Shown piece by piece: positions 1 through 9,341 of a stretch of DNA of 64,000 nucleotides. The notes beneath the pieces are model-generated. The model saw nothing but the letters and a program-made list of their open reading frames with translations. It did no database searches and was not told where the DNA came from. Each line of letters begins with the position of its first letter. The stretch's first letter is position 1. Source of the DNA: Thermoplasmata archaeon (GTDB lineage: Archaea > Thermoplasmatota > Thermoplasmata > Lutacidiplasmatales > UBA184); contig DATJWA010000027.1 of assembly GCA_035501555.1 (NCBI GenBank), forward strand, positions 256,156 to 320,155. The letters run 5' to 3'. The position numbers were made by a program, and so were the translations under genes.

Positions 1-1254
1 GACCGCCCCGTCTGCGTCGACGACCGTGAGGGAAAGGGGAGCGAATCCGCTCGCGTTGGGGGCGACGGGAAGTGTCAGCAGCCCGTCCTCGGTCAGGACC
101 TCCTGACCCGACTCGGCGCCGGCCTCGAACGACCAGGCCAGGGTGAACGGCGGCACTCCTCCGGCGATGCGAAGGTCGAAGAGGGCCGGGGCGCCGACCT
201 CCGCCTCGCCGGTGGGCGCGCTCACCTGGACCGATAGCGCCGCGGCCACCGGCTCCTCGAGCGTCTGCGTCAGAACGGGCGCCTCGCTCCCCGCGAGAGC
301 GAGGAGCGAGATCGGGAGGGGTCCGGCGGTTGTCGGGCGACAGGCGAGCTGGGGTTCCCCGCCCGAGTCGTTGGTGGAGGTCTCGCCGCAGCCGGTAAGG
401 CGCGAGTAGGCGTCGGGGGGCAGCCCGAAGAACGCTCCCGTGAACTGCACCGGCCGACCGACCTCCGCGGTCGTCGCCGAGCCGGTCACCGCGGCGGCGG
501 CCGCAGAGCTCACCTGGAGCGGCTGAGAGGTGGACGACGACGCTGCGTTTCCCAGCGAATCGACGACCGCCAGCTCGGGAGTGTACGTCCCCGTCGCAAA
601 GGTATGGGGCCAGCGGAACGGACCGGCCGCCACTCCGCGGTAGATCCCCTGGCTCCCGTCCCCCCATCGGACCGTGACGTCGTAGGGCGGGAGTCCCCCT
701 TCGATGCGACCGCTCAGGTTGGCCTGTCCTCCGTCGAGGAGGGGAGCAGGGGCCGCGGTCAGGCCGTCGACCGCGAGCGCTGCGACCTCGACCACCGAGC
801 CGAAGGCGGTCAGCAAGAGCCCGTCGGTCTGGTTGCCGCACCGGAGCACCGCCGCCGAACGAACCCCGACCGAGGCGCTCCCGGTTCGCGCGCTGGAACC
901 GGTGAAATTGACGGTCGAGACGTTCTGCCCGCTGAGCAGGCCGCCGACGGACCCCACCCCGACGAACCAGTGGAACCAGACCGGGGTGACCTCGCAGGCG
1001 GGGCTCCCGGAATTCCAGAGCGCCTGGAACGTCGTAGCGTTCCCCGCGTCGGCCCACGTCGAGTTCGGGGAAACCGTCAGGTTCGGCGCGGCCGGGAGGG
1101 GAGCTCCCGTCGAGCCCTCCACCGCGAGGGTCGGCGGCGGTGGGAGGGAGGTGGCCCCGAGGCCCGTGGGTCCGCTCAGGAGAACGAGGACGGGCACCAG
1201 GATGCCGAGGGGCGCGGCTCCGGCGCCCGTCGCTCCCCATCCGGACCCCGCCAC
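1..1254 (-). CDS. PKD/Ig-like repeat surface protein (3' end outside window)
   Basis: Not in the ORF track because it runs off the edge. Manual translation from GTG 1254 gives a hydrophobic N-terminus (PLGILVPVLVLLSG) and PKD-like motifs GGLPPYDVTVRWGDGS and AGGVPPFTLAWSF in the same frame. Confidence 0.7.
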   Translation of the reverse strand, partial: MAGSGWGATGAGAAPLGILVPVLVLLSGPTGLGATSLPPPPTLAVEGSTGAPLPAAPNLTVSPNSTWADAGNATTFQALWNSGSPACEVTPVWFHWFVGVGSVGGLLSGQNVSTVNFTGSSARTGSASVGVRSAAVLRCGNQTDGLLLTAFGSVVEVAALAVDGLTAAPAPLLDGGQANLSGRIEGGLPPYDVTVRWGDGSQGIYRGVAAGPFRWPHTFATGTYTPELAVVDSLGNAASSSTSQPLQVSSAAAAAVTGSATTAEVGRPVQFTGAFFGLPPDAYSRLTGCGETSTNDSGGEPQLACRPTTAGPLPISLLALAGSEAPVLTQTLEEPVAAALSVQVSAPTGEAEVGAPALFDLRIAGGVPPFTLAWSFEAGAESGQEVLTEDGLLTLPVAPNASGFAPLSLTVVDADGAV

Positions 1255-1336
1255 GAGACCACCGGCTCCTCCGAGCGGCCCCGGGTATTTCGGGCCGCAT
1301 CGCCCCGCGGAGGATGGAAGCTGGGGCGGCCGCCCT

Positions 1337-1999
1337 TCACGGCGCGAAGGTGACGAGGGCCACGTGATCGCGGGCGAACGGCGCGAGCCCGACCTCCTGA
1401 ACGGTCTGGACGCCCGCGCGCGCCAGCTCGGCCCGGGTCTCCCGGACGACCGAGGTCGCGGGGCGTCGTTGCGTGACCGATCGGACCTTCAACATCAGGA
1501 TCCCTCGGCCGCCAGCGGCGAGCGTCGCCCGGGCGTTCTCGACGAAGATCGCGGCCTGGTTTCGCTGGGCAACGTCCTGGTAGAGGAAGTCGACCTCGCC
1601 GACGTCCGCGCGATACCGCTCGGGGAGCTGGGCGTCGGCGAGGATCGGCAGAAGGTTGCGGCGCCGGCGGGCGAGCGCCAGCAGGGGAGCGAACGAGGTC
1701 GGGCTCTTCTCGACCACGAAGATCGGGGCCGGGTCCAGTACGTCCGATAGGTGGCTCGCGGTCGTCCCGTGGGCGCCTCCGAGGTAGAGGGACTTACGCG
1801 CGCCCCGCCAGAGGTCGGCCGGCGCGCCCTTCACGAGCAGCGCCGCGAGCTTGGAGCGAAACGGGTCCCAGTGGCGGTACTCCACCCCCTCGACCGTGCG
1901 GATCGTCTCGCCGTAGACCCGCTCCCCGGGGGGTCCCCGGTTCGGGGTGTAGAGGTCGCGGCCCTCGCGCAGGACCCCGGGCCAGGCGGTCGCCTCCAC
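1337..1999 (-). CDS. flpA: Fibrillarin-like rRNA/tRNA 2'-O-methyltransferase
   Basis: VYGE, YRHWDPFRSKLAA, LYLGGAHGTTASHLSD, NLLPILADA, YQDVAQRNQA motifs; start trimmed to GTG 1999. Confidence 0.95.
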   Translation of the reverse strand: MEATAWPGVLREGRDLYTPNRGPPGERVYGETIRTVEGVEYRHWDPFRSKLAALLVKGAPADLWRGARKSLYLGGAHGTTASHLSDVLDPAPIFVVEKSPTSFAPLLALARRRRNLLPILADAQLPERYRADVGEVDFLYQDVAQRNQAAIFVENARATLAAGGRGILMLKVRSVTQRRPATSVVRETRAELARAGVQTVQEVGLAPFARDHVALVTFAP

Positions 2000-2007
2000 G
2001 GAAGCCC

Positions 2008-2472
2008 CTAGCCGACCTCGGCGACGAGCTCGACCTCGACCGGTGCGTTCAACGGGAGGGCGGGCACCCCCACGGCAGCCCGGGCCGGACGCCCGGCCTC
2101 CCCGAAGACCTCGACCAGCAGGTCGGTCGCCCCGTTGGCGACCTCGTGCTGCCGGAAGAACCCGGGGGAGGAGGCGACGAAGACCCCCACCCGAAGGATG
2201 CGGACGACCCGGTCGAGCGAGCCGAGAGCGGCGGCCAAGGCACTGAGCGCTTGAAGCGCGGCGCGCCGGGCGAGCTCGCTCGCGACGGCCGCGGGGACGT
2301 CCCGGTCGACGAGGCCGGGGTGCGCGACCCCGTCCCCCTCCGTGACGATCTGACCGGAAACGAAGGCGAGCCCTCCGTGGACCGTGACCGGGACGTACGT
2401 CCCTTTCGGAGTCGGCGGGGGGGGCAGTGTGAGCCCCAACTCTAGGAGCCGGGCGGAGGGAGAAGAGGGCAT
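2008..2472 (-). CDS. RidA/YjgF family protein
   Basis: LPPPPTPKGTYVP, FVSGQ, VANGATDLL, ARAAVGVPALPLNAPVEVE; start trimmed to ATG 2472. Confidence 0.9.
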   Translation of the reverse strand: MPSSPSARLLELGLTLPPPPTPKGTYVPVTVHGGLAFVSGQIVTEGDGVAHPGLVDRDVPAAVASELARRAALQALSALAAALGSLDRVVRILRVGVFVASSPGFFRQHEVANGATDLLVEVFGEAGRPARAAVGVPALPLNAPVEVELVAEVG

Positions 2473-2555
2473 GGGCGCCTTCAACCCGCGGGACGGAAAA
2501 CGGGTGCGCCTGTGGGTCGGCAGGGCTAAGAACGGGCCTCGGGTGCCACCGGGCG

Positions 2556-2996
2556 ATGTCCTTCTTCCGCCGGCTTCGCCGGGACAAGGAGGAGCCCTCG
2601 GACGAGCCCGCGCCCAAGGCTCCCTCCGAAAAGCCGGCGCCCGCGCCCTCTGAAGCCCCGGCTCCGGCTCCGACCGCTCCCGACGAGAAGGCGGCGAGCC
2701 CGGCTCCAGTCCCTGCACCTGAGGCGGAAGCGGCCCCCGCGCCGGCCTCCCCGCCCGCTGGGCCGGCCGCCCCGGAACCCGTCGTGCCGAGCGGTGAGCC
2801 CGCCACCCCACCACCGGGTCCGGCGCCTTCCCCCGGGCCGCCGGTCTCGGCGGCCCCACCGCCCCTTCCCAGCCCCGGCCCTGTCTCCCCGGTCGCCCCG
2901 GCGGCGCGGATGACCCCCCTGTCGCTCTGCTTCGTCTGCGGGACTCCGCTCGAAGCCAAGTACTGCCCGACCTGCAAGATCGCCTGGGTCGAGTGA
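2556..2996 (+). CDS. Pro/Ala-rich protein with C-terminal zinc ribbon
   Basis: Low-complexity PAPA linker then CFVC...CPTC. Confidence 0.7.
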   Translation: MSFFRRLRRDKEEPSDEPAPKAPSEKPAPAPSEAPAPAPTAPDEKAASPAPVPAPEAEAAPAPASPPAGPAAPEPVVPSGEPATPPPGPAPSPGPPVSAAPPPLPSPGPVSPVAPAARMTPLSLCFVCGTPLEAKYCPTCKIAWVE

Positions 2997-3059
2997 GACC
3001 CACGCGTCTCATCGGGCGCGTACTGTTTTGACCTCACTCCGCTGAGGACGCATCGTACC

Positions 3060-4691
3060 ATGGGCACCTCCTCGAGCGTTGCGGAGCTCGCCGTCCTCGA
3101 ACGAGCCGTCGTCGACCACGTGTTCGCCCTCCAGCCGGGGTACGCGGTCGGCCTCGGGTTGCACGAGTACGACGGGCGGGTACCGGACCTCTCCCCGGAG
3201 GGGACGGACCGGTGGGCCCGGGGGGCCGACCAGCTGCTGAGCCGGCTCGCGGCCCTGGACGAGGGCGGGTTGCCCGATGGACAGCGCGTGGACCGGTTCC
3301 TCCTCCGCCTGCTCCTCGAGAGTCCCCTCTTCGACCTCCGGGAGTCGTTCCAGCTCGACCGGAACCCGATGTCGTACATGGGCGGGGTGGCGTTGACGCC
3401 CTACCTCGTCCGAGACTACTCCCCCGTGCCCGACCGGGTCCGATCGATCGTCCAGATCCTCGAGCAGATCCCCCACATCCTCGACGTCGGCCGTCGCCGG
3501 CTCGTCGGGCCGATGCCGAAGCCATACGTCGAGCTCGCGATCTCGATGGGGTCCGGACTGCCCGGCCACCTGGACGAGGTGGAAGCGTTTGCGGCCCGGG
3601 CCGGCCTCGAGACGACGGTGCGCACTGCCCGGATCCCGGCCCAGGCAGCGATCGATGGCTTCCGGAACTGGCTGAAGGAGGACGTGCTCCCCCGGTCGGT
3701 CCCCGATTTCGCGCTCGGCGCGGCCCGCTACCAGCGGCTCCTCTTCGTCCGCGAAGGGCTCGAGACGCCGACCGCCGCCCTCCAGAAGGCGGGTGCGGCG
3801 GACCTGGCCCGCAACCAGGCGCGGCTCGCGGAGATCGCCAAAGAGGAGAAGCTCTCCGTCGACGCGCTGCTCGCGCGCCTCGGGGCGGACCATCCGAACG
3901 CCTCCGAGGTGGTCGCCACCGCCTCCCGGTTCGTGACGGAGACTCGGGAGTTCGTCCGGTCGAAGGGCCTCGTCTCGATCCCCGAGTCGGTGATGGTCCG
4001 GGTCGAGGAGACCCCGTTGTGGGGTCGAGCCCTCTCGACGGCGAGCATGGACTCCCCGGGTCCGTTCGACCCGACCCCCGAGGGGGTCTACTACGTGACC
4101 CCCGTCGACGCCGCGTGGAGCCCGACCCAGCAGGAGGAGTGGCTCCGTTCGTTCAACCGGACCCTTCTGCGGAACATCACGGTCCACGAGGTCTTCCCCG
4201 GCCACTACCTCCAGTTCCTCCACCTTCGTGCGGCCGAGGCGAGCCTCACGCGTCGCGTGTTCCGCTCCTCGTCGTTCATCGAAGGGTGGGCGCACTACAC
4301 CGAGCAGCTCGCGATCGAGGCCGGCCTCGGGGCTCCCCGGCACGACGCCGAGGTCGGGGAAATCCACGACGCCCTCCTGCGGGACTGCCGGCTCCTCTCG
4401 TCCATCGGGCTCCACACCGAAGGCTGGTCGGTCGAGCGGTCGACCCAGCTGTTCATGCACGAGGCCCACTTCGACCGCCTGCCGGCCGAGCGCGAGGCGA
4501 TGCGCGGGACGTTCGACCCGGAGTACTTCTGCTACACGCTCGGGAAGCTCGCGATCCTGAGCGCGCGCTCGAAGCTGCTCGCCTCCCACTTCGGGGGGAG
4601 CTTGCTGCGGTTCCACGATACCCTCCTCGCGCTCGGATGCCCGCCCGTGGGTCTCCTCGAAGGCCTGCTCGAAGGCGCGAAGGCCGGCTGA
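3060..4691 (+). CDS. DUF885 family metallopeptidase-like protein
   Basis: HEVFPGHYLQ, FIEGWAHYTE, YTLGKLAI motifs. Confidence 0.9.
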   Translation: MGTSSSVAELAVLERAVVDHVFALQPGYAVGLGLHEYDGRVPDLSPEGTDRWARGADQLLSRLAALDEGGLPDGQRVDRFLLRLLLESPLFDLRESFQLDRNPMSYMGGVALTPYLVRDYSPVPDRVRSIVQILEQIPHILDVGRRRLVGPMPKPYVELAISMGSGLPGHLDEVEAFAARAGLETTVRTARIPAQAAIDGFRNWLKEDVLPRSVPDFALGAARYQRLLFVREGLETPTAALQKAGAADLARNQARLAEIAKEEKLSVDALLARLGADHPNASEVVATASRFVTETREFVRSKGLVSIPESVMVRVEETPLWGRALSTASMDSPGPFDPTPEGVYYVTPVDAAWSPTQQEEWLRSFNRTLLRNITVHEVFPGHYLQFLHLRAAEASLTRRVFRSSSFIEGWAHYTEQLAIEAGLGAPRHDAEVGEIHDALLRDCRLLSSIGLHTEGWSVERSTQLFMHEAHFDRLPAEREAMRGTFDPEYFCYTLGKLAILSARSKLLASHFGGSLLRFHDTLLALGCPPVGLLEGLLEGAKAG

Positions 4692-4761
4692 GGCACCGCC
4701 TCGGCCCCCCTGGACGAGGAGCGAACGGTTATTCCGTGGGCGAGCCCTTCCGCTCGCCGAG

Positions 4762-5859
4762 ATGCCCCGGGCCCCCCGAAAGGCGCCGCTGAGCGTCCAG
4801 GTCGCCGCCGTCGTCCCGCTCTCGCGGACCGAGGCGTTCTCGGTCACCGTCGAGGAGCTCAAGGAGGCCCTCGGCCGCCTCGGGGTCGAGTTCTCCCCGG
4901 GCGCGAAGGGCGGGGTGACCGAGCGCGGGACGAAGGTCGGCGAGGTCGAGGCCTGGGTACCCCGGGAGCGCGTACGCCTCGCGTGGCACCCGGCTCCCTG
5001 GAAACCCGACGAGGCGACGACCGTCGAGCTCCGGTTCGAGGACGTGCCGGGGGGAACGAAGGTCACGGTCGAGCACCGGGGAGGGCAGCCCGTGTTCGGG
5101 GAGGCGAACGAGGCCGCGGGGTGGGTCGCCGGCGGCGCCTTCGCACCGTTCCTGAGAAGCCTGACGCCCTCCGCGCTCGGGGACTGGGTCACCGACCGCG
5201 CGGCCCGGCGCCCTTCCGGTCGGCGGGCCCGGGACGTCTACTCCGACCCGGTGTACCATCGCCCGAACTTCGCGCTCCTCCTCGAGGCCCTGGAGCTCGG
5301 GCCGAAGGACCGTCTCCTCGAGGTCGGATGCGGGGGCGGGGCGTTCCTGCACGAGGCGCTCGAGAGCGGCTGCCGCGCCACGGCGGTCGACCACAGCCCC
5401 GAGATGGTCCGACTGGCGCGGGAGGGCAACCGCGAGGCGGTCGACGCCGGCCGTCTCGAGGTGATCGAGGCGGAGGCGAGCCAGTTGCCGGTTCCCGGGG
5501 ATACGTTCACCTGCGCCGTCTCGACCGGGGTCCTCGGGTTCCTCCCCCATCCTCTCGAGACCCTGCAGGAGGTGCACCGGGCGCTCGTGATGGGCGGCCG
5601 GTTCGCGCTCTTCGCGGGTACCCGCGAGCTCGTGGGGACCCCGGGGTGCCCGGAGCCGATCGCCGCGCGGGTCCGCTTCTACGAGGACGACGAGCTCGAG
5701 CAGCTCGCCCGGTCGGCCGGCTTCCGCGACGCCGAGGTGCGGCGCCCGGACCTGACGCGCTACGCGGTGGCCCTCGGACTTCCCGACGAGGTCGTCGCGG
5801 TCTTCCGCGGGAACTCGCGGGGCGGGCAGCTCCTCCTCGGCCACAAGGCCCGGCTCTGA
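4762..5859 (+). CDS. SRPBCC/Aha1-like domain fused to class I SAM methyltransferase
   Basis: N-terminal TTVELRFEDVPGGTKVTVEHRG; C-terminal LLEVGCGGG and AVDHSPEM. Confidence 0.8.
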   Translation: MPRAPRKAPLSVQVAAVVPLSRTEAFSVTVEELKEALGRLGVEFSPGAKGGVTERGTKVGEVEAWVPRERVRLAWHPAPWKPDEATTVELRFEDVPGGTKVTVEHRGGQPVFGEANEAAGWVAGGAFAPFLRSLTPSALGDWVTDRAARRPSGRRARDVYSDPVYHRPNFALLLEALELGPKDRLLEVGCGGGAFLHEALESGCRATAVDHSPEMVRLAREGNREAVDAGRLEVIEAEASQLPVPGDTFTCAVSTGVLGFLPHPLETLQEVHRALVMGGRFALFAGTRELVGTPGCPEPIAARVRFYEDDELEQLARSAGFRDAEVRRPDLTRYAVALGLPDEVVAVFRGNSRGGQLLLGHKARL

Positions 5860-5894
5860 CCGGGGCCCCGGGGGGCGACGGACCCTCGCCGACG

Positions 5895-6437
5895 CTAACG
5901 CCGAGCCATCCAGCCCTGGTGTTCGAGCTCGCGGAGGATGTGCTCGGCCGACTCGGCCGGGCGGAGGAGCACCGTGTCGACGATGATGTCGGGGTGGTCC
6001 GGGGCCTCGTACGGGTCGTCGACCCCGGTGAACGCCGTGATCTCGCCGGCTCGCGCCCGGCGGTACAGCCCCTTCACGTCGCGCTCCTCGCAGACGCCGA
6101 CCGGGGTGGAGACGTACACCTCGACAAACCGGCCGATCTCGGCGCGCGCCGCGGCGCGGGAGGTGCGGTACGGGGAGATGAGCGCGACGATGGGGATCGC
6201 CCCGTTCCGGGCGAGGAGCTTGGCGCAGAAGGCGACGCGCCCCGCGTGCGTCTCCCGCGACTTACGGTCGAAGCCGAGGTCGGCGCTGAGGCCCCGTCGG
6301 ACCTCGTCCCCGTCCAGGAGCTCGGCATACCAGCCCCGGTCTACGAGCCGCGGCAGCAGCTCGCGGGCGATCGTCGTCTTTCCGGCGGAGGGAAGCCCGG
6401 TCAGCCAGATGCAGAATCCTGGTGGTCCTCGTGCCAT
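5895..6437 (-). CDS. cysC: Adenylyl-sulfate kinase
   Basis: WLTGLPSAGKTT, LDGDEVR, ISPYR, RDVKGLY, FTGVDDPYEAP. Confidence 0.95.
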   Translation of the reverse strand: MARGPPGFCIWLTGLPSAGKTTIARELLPRLVDRGWYAELLDGDEVRRGLSADLGFDRKSRETHAGRVAFCAKLLARNGAIPIVALISPYRTSRAAARAEIGRFVEVYVSTPVGVCEERDVKGLYRRARAGEITAFTGVDDPYEAPDHPDIIVDTVLLRPAESAEHILRELEHQGWMARR

Positions 6438-6452
6438 CGATGTTCTCCTTCC

Positions 6453-7607
6453 TCAGACGATCGTCACGTTCGGCCGCCGCAGGATCTCCGCGACCTCGGG
6501 TCGGAGGATCTCGGGCGGAAGGGGAGCGCCGGAGGCGAGCGCCTGGCGGATGCGGCTCTGGCTCGTCTCCGCGCGCTCGGAGACCGGATGGGCGCACGTC
6601 TTGCCGCTCGCCATCCAGCCGCACCTCCGACAGAAGAACGACTCGTCGTACCGCGCCGGCACGACGCCGACGTCGAACGCGTCGAAGATCCGGTGGCAGG
6701 CGTACGGCTCGTAGTACTTTCCGACCCCGGCCTGGTCCCGACCCACGATGTAGACCCCACAGCCGTAGTTCCGGCGGACGATCGCGAGGAAGAGCGCCGC
6801 CTTGGGGCCGCCGTAGCGCATCGTGATCGTCAGCGGGGCCATCATCACTCGATTCGCCGGATAGTAGTGGCGGACGAGCGCGTCGTAGGCCTCGAGGATC
6901 ACCTCCGGGCGGTAGTCCCCCTTCTTGAGGCGCCCGACGACCGGGTGGATCAAGAGGCCGTCCACATCCTCCCGCTCGAGCGTCAGGCGCTGGATGTACT
7001 CGTGGGCGGTGTGCGGGGGGTTCCGGCACTGGTAGGCGGCGACGCGCGACCACCCCCGGCGGGAGAACTCTTCCCGCGTCTCGGCCGGGGTCGGCTCGGC
7101 GCGCTCCCAAGGAGGGAGCAGCCGGTGCACGAGGTCGACCCGCCCGGCCCACGCCGTCTCGCCGCCGGCCAGAAGGTCCGCGACGTTGGGATGGGCCGGG
7201 TCCTCGGTGCCGTAGGTGGCCTGAGCGATCGCCCGTCGGTCGAGCGGGAAGACCTCGTCGACGTGGAGGACGGCGATCAACCGGTCTTGGGCGTCGAGCA
7301 GGCCGACCTCGTCGCCGGCCCGCACGGACGCGGCTGCGGGCGAGTCCGAAGGAACCGGGAAGTGGATCGGGATCGACCACGGGAGGCCGTTCGGCAGCCG
7401 TCCGGTGGTCGTCACGGACCGGACGGTCTCCGAGTCCATGAACCCCTCGAGCGGGCTGTAGGCGCCAATCCCGATCTTCTCCGCGTCGTACAGCTGGTCG
7501 ATCGCCGGGTGGACCGTGACGAGCTGGGCGCGCTCGCCGTCCCGACGGTCTCGCGCGGGCTCGGTCAGCTCCCGCTGGACGAGGCGCCCGCCGTACGGGT
7601 CGATCAT
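6453..7607 (-). CDS. sat: Sulfate adenylyltransferase
   Basis: PYGGRLV, YSPLEGFM, YQCRNPPHTAHEY, MRYGGPKAA, IVGRDQAGVG; start trimmed to ATG 7607. Confidence 0.95.
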   Translation of the reverse strand: MIDPYGGRLVQRELTEPARDRRDGERAQLVTVHPAIDQLYDAEKIGIGAYSPLEGFMDSETVRSVTTTGRLPNGLPWSIPIHFPVPSDSPAAASVRAGDEVGLLDAQDRLIAVLHVDEVFPLDRRAIAQATYGTEDPAHPNVADLLAGGETAWAGRVDLVHRLLPPWERAEPTPAETREEFSRRGWSRVAAYQCRNPPHTAHEYIQRLTLEREDVDGLLIHPVVGRLKKGDYRPEVILEAYDALVRHYYPANRVMMAPLTITMRYGGPKAALFLAIVRRNYGCGVYIVGRDQAGVGKYYEPYACHRIFDAFDVGVVPARYDESFFCRRCGWMASGKTCAHPVSERAETSQSRIRQALASGAPLPPEILRPEVAEILRRPNVTIV

Positions 7608-7651
7608 CGAGCTCCCTCTCCCAGAAAGGCGGGCCACTGAGACCTGGGCGC

Positions 7652-8416
7652 TTAAGAGCCCTCGGGAGCGGAGGGCGGCGGCCAGGTCGAGCTGGGCGGG
7701 TGGCCGGCCGTGAGCGAGTGGATCCCGCACTCGAGTTTCCCACGTCCGCGCCAACGCCCCGCGCGTTCCCCTTCGCCGGGGGCGACGGGCGACGTGCAGG
7801 GGGCGCACCCGACGCTCGAGTACCCCCGGGCCCACAGCGGGTGGCGGGGGAGGTCGTGGGCGTCCAGGTACCCCTCGACCTGCTCGAGCGACCAGGCGAC
7901 CAGGGGATTGACCTTGAAGAGACCGACCCCCGCTTCCAGCTCCTGCCACTCGACCACCGGAGTCCCTTGGCGTCCGGCGTGCTGGCTGCGGCGCAGTCCG
8001 GTCATCCACGCCGTGCGACCGTTCAGCGCCCGGTGGAGGGGTTCGACCTTCCGGATCGCGCAGCAGCGGTCGGGGTCGCGGGCGTACAGGTCGGTTCCGT
8101 ACCGAGCCTCCAGTTCGTCGGCAGAGAGGGCCGGCCGCACGTCCACGAGGTTGAGGTCCCACTCGCAGCGCAGCCGGTCCCGGAACGCGAGCGTTTCGGG
8201 GAAGTGGCAGCCGGTCTCGAGGAATAGGACCGGGATGTCGGGTCGGACCCTCCGGGCGATGTCGAGGACCACGAGACCGTCCTTGCCGAACCCCGAGGCG
8301 ATCACGAGCCCGCGGCCGAACTGCCCGCTCGCCCACCGGATGACCTCGTCCGGCCCGCTCCCCTCGAGCCCGCGCGACCAGTTCGCGGCCTCCTCGACGC
8401 GTCCGAGCGATGCCAT
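7652..8416 (-). CDS. cysH: APS/PAPS reductase, Fe-S-containing CysH type
   Basis: ETGCHFPET, CCAIRKVEPL, WMTGLRRSQ, GYSSVGCAPCT, ECGIH; start trimmed to ATG 8416. Confidence 0.93.
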   Translation of the reverse strand: MASLGRVEEAANWSRGLEGSGPDEVIRWASGQFGRGLVIASGFGKDGLVVLDIARRVRPDIPVLFLETGCHFPETLAFRDRLRCEWDLNLVDVRPALSADELEARYGTDLYARDPDRCCAIRKVEPLHRALNGRTAWMTGLRRSQHAGRQGTPVVEWQELEAGVGLFKVNPLVAWSLEQVEGYLDAHDLPRHPLWARGYSSVGCAPCTSPVAPGEGERAGRWRGRGKLECGIHSLTAGHPPSSTWPPPSAPEGS

Positions 8417-8576
8417 GACGCCGGGTTCACGGCCGCCGACGGTATTTGGGGGCGGAGGAACGTGCGGAAACCGCACGGCCCGGCAAAACCGGCGCGCCCG
8501 GGGTCCGTGAGCCCGGACCGTCTCCCAACCAGAACGCCTATGTCGGGGAAGACGACTCCCGCTGCGGGTGTCCGCC

Positions 8577-8774
8577 ATGGTGCAGAAAGTGAGCGAGATC
8601 GTGGGAGTTTCGACCGAAGGATTTGCCCGGGCCGCCGAGAATGCGGTGAAGACCGCCGCCAAGACCGTCCGCAACCTGCGCTGGTTCCGGGTGACCGAGC
8701 TCGAAGGGAGCATCAAGGACCAGAAGGTCGTGGAGTACCACGCGACGGTCAAGATCTACTTCGACCTCGAGTAG
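8577..8774 (+). CDS. Dodecin family flavin-binding protein
   Basis: KVSEIVGVS...AAKTVRNLRWFRVTE...EYHATVKIYF. Confidence 0.9.
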   Translation: MVQKVSEIVGVSTEGFARAAENAVKTAAKTVRNLRWFRVTELEGSIKDQKVVEYHATVKIYFDLE

Positions 8775-8821
8775 TCGTTCGGACGTGGGCACGGCCGAGG
8801 TCCCCGGCTCGCGGCCCTCGC

Positions 8822-9166
8822 CTAGACGGCCGTGCTCCCCGGGCGCGCGGCGGCGAGCGCCGCCTCCTGGGCCACGGTGAACAGGTAGTGCAGGTAGGTG
8901 TAGACGCTCTGCACGTCACTGAGCAGGTCGGGCGAGGCCTGGCCCTCCAGCACCTCCATCGCTTCGAGGAGAAAGGCGCGAGCACACCCCGGACCGCAGA
9001 AGACCTCGGCCCGCAATAGCCCGGTGAGCGCCTCGGGCACGGGGGCGAACTCGAAGCAGAGCGTCCCGGCTGGCAACCGGGTGCCGCAGCGGCAGCGGTG
9101 GCGCGCCCCCACGGCTCGCTTCCTCAGCTGGACCGAAGAAGGCAGCTCCGGGACCGTCCCGACCAT
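8822..9166 (-). CDS. Hypothetical Cys-containing protein
   Basis: CRCG and FCGPGC motifs; fills the gap between dodecin and the ABC genes; start uncertain (9166 or 9211). Confidence 0.55.
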   Translation of the reverse strand: MVGTVPELPSSVQLRKRAVGARHRCRCGTRLPAGTLCFEFAPVPEALTGLLRAEVFCGPGCARAFLLEAMEVLEGQASPDLLSDVQSVYTYLHYLFTVAQEAALAAARPGSTAV

Positions 9167-9341
9167 CGCTCCCTCGAGCGACCCCGACCTCCGCAGAGCG
9201 GTGCCTCCCATGACGGTTTCGAGCGCGCGAGCCGGTTCACCGGGAGGGGGGGTGGGGTCACCGGACGTGACCATTCGCCGTGCGTCCGGGCCTTCCGCCC
9301 GGGCGCCGTTCTCCGGTACGAGGACGGGAACCGGAAGGGAG

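Noticed and set aside
2620..2900. Repetitive CCGGC-rich DNA
   Set aside because: Explained by the Pro/Ala-rich linker of the 2556-2996 protein.
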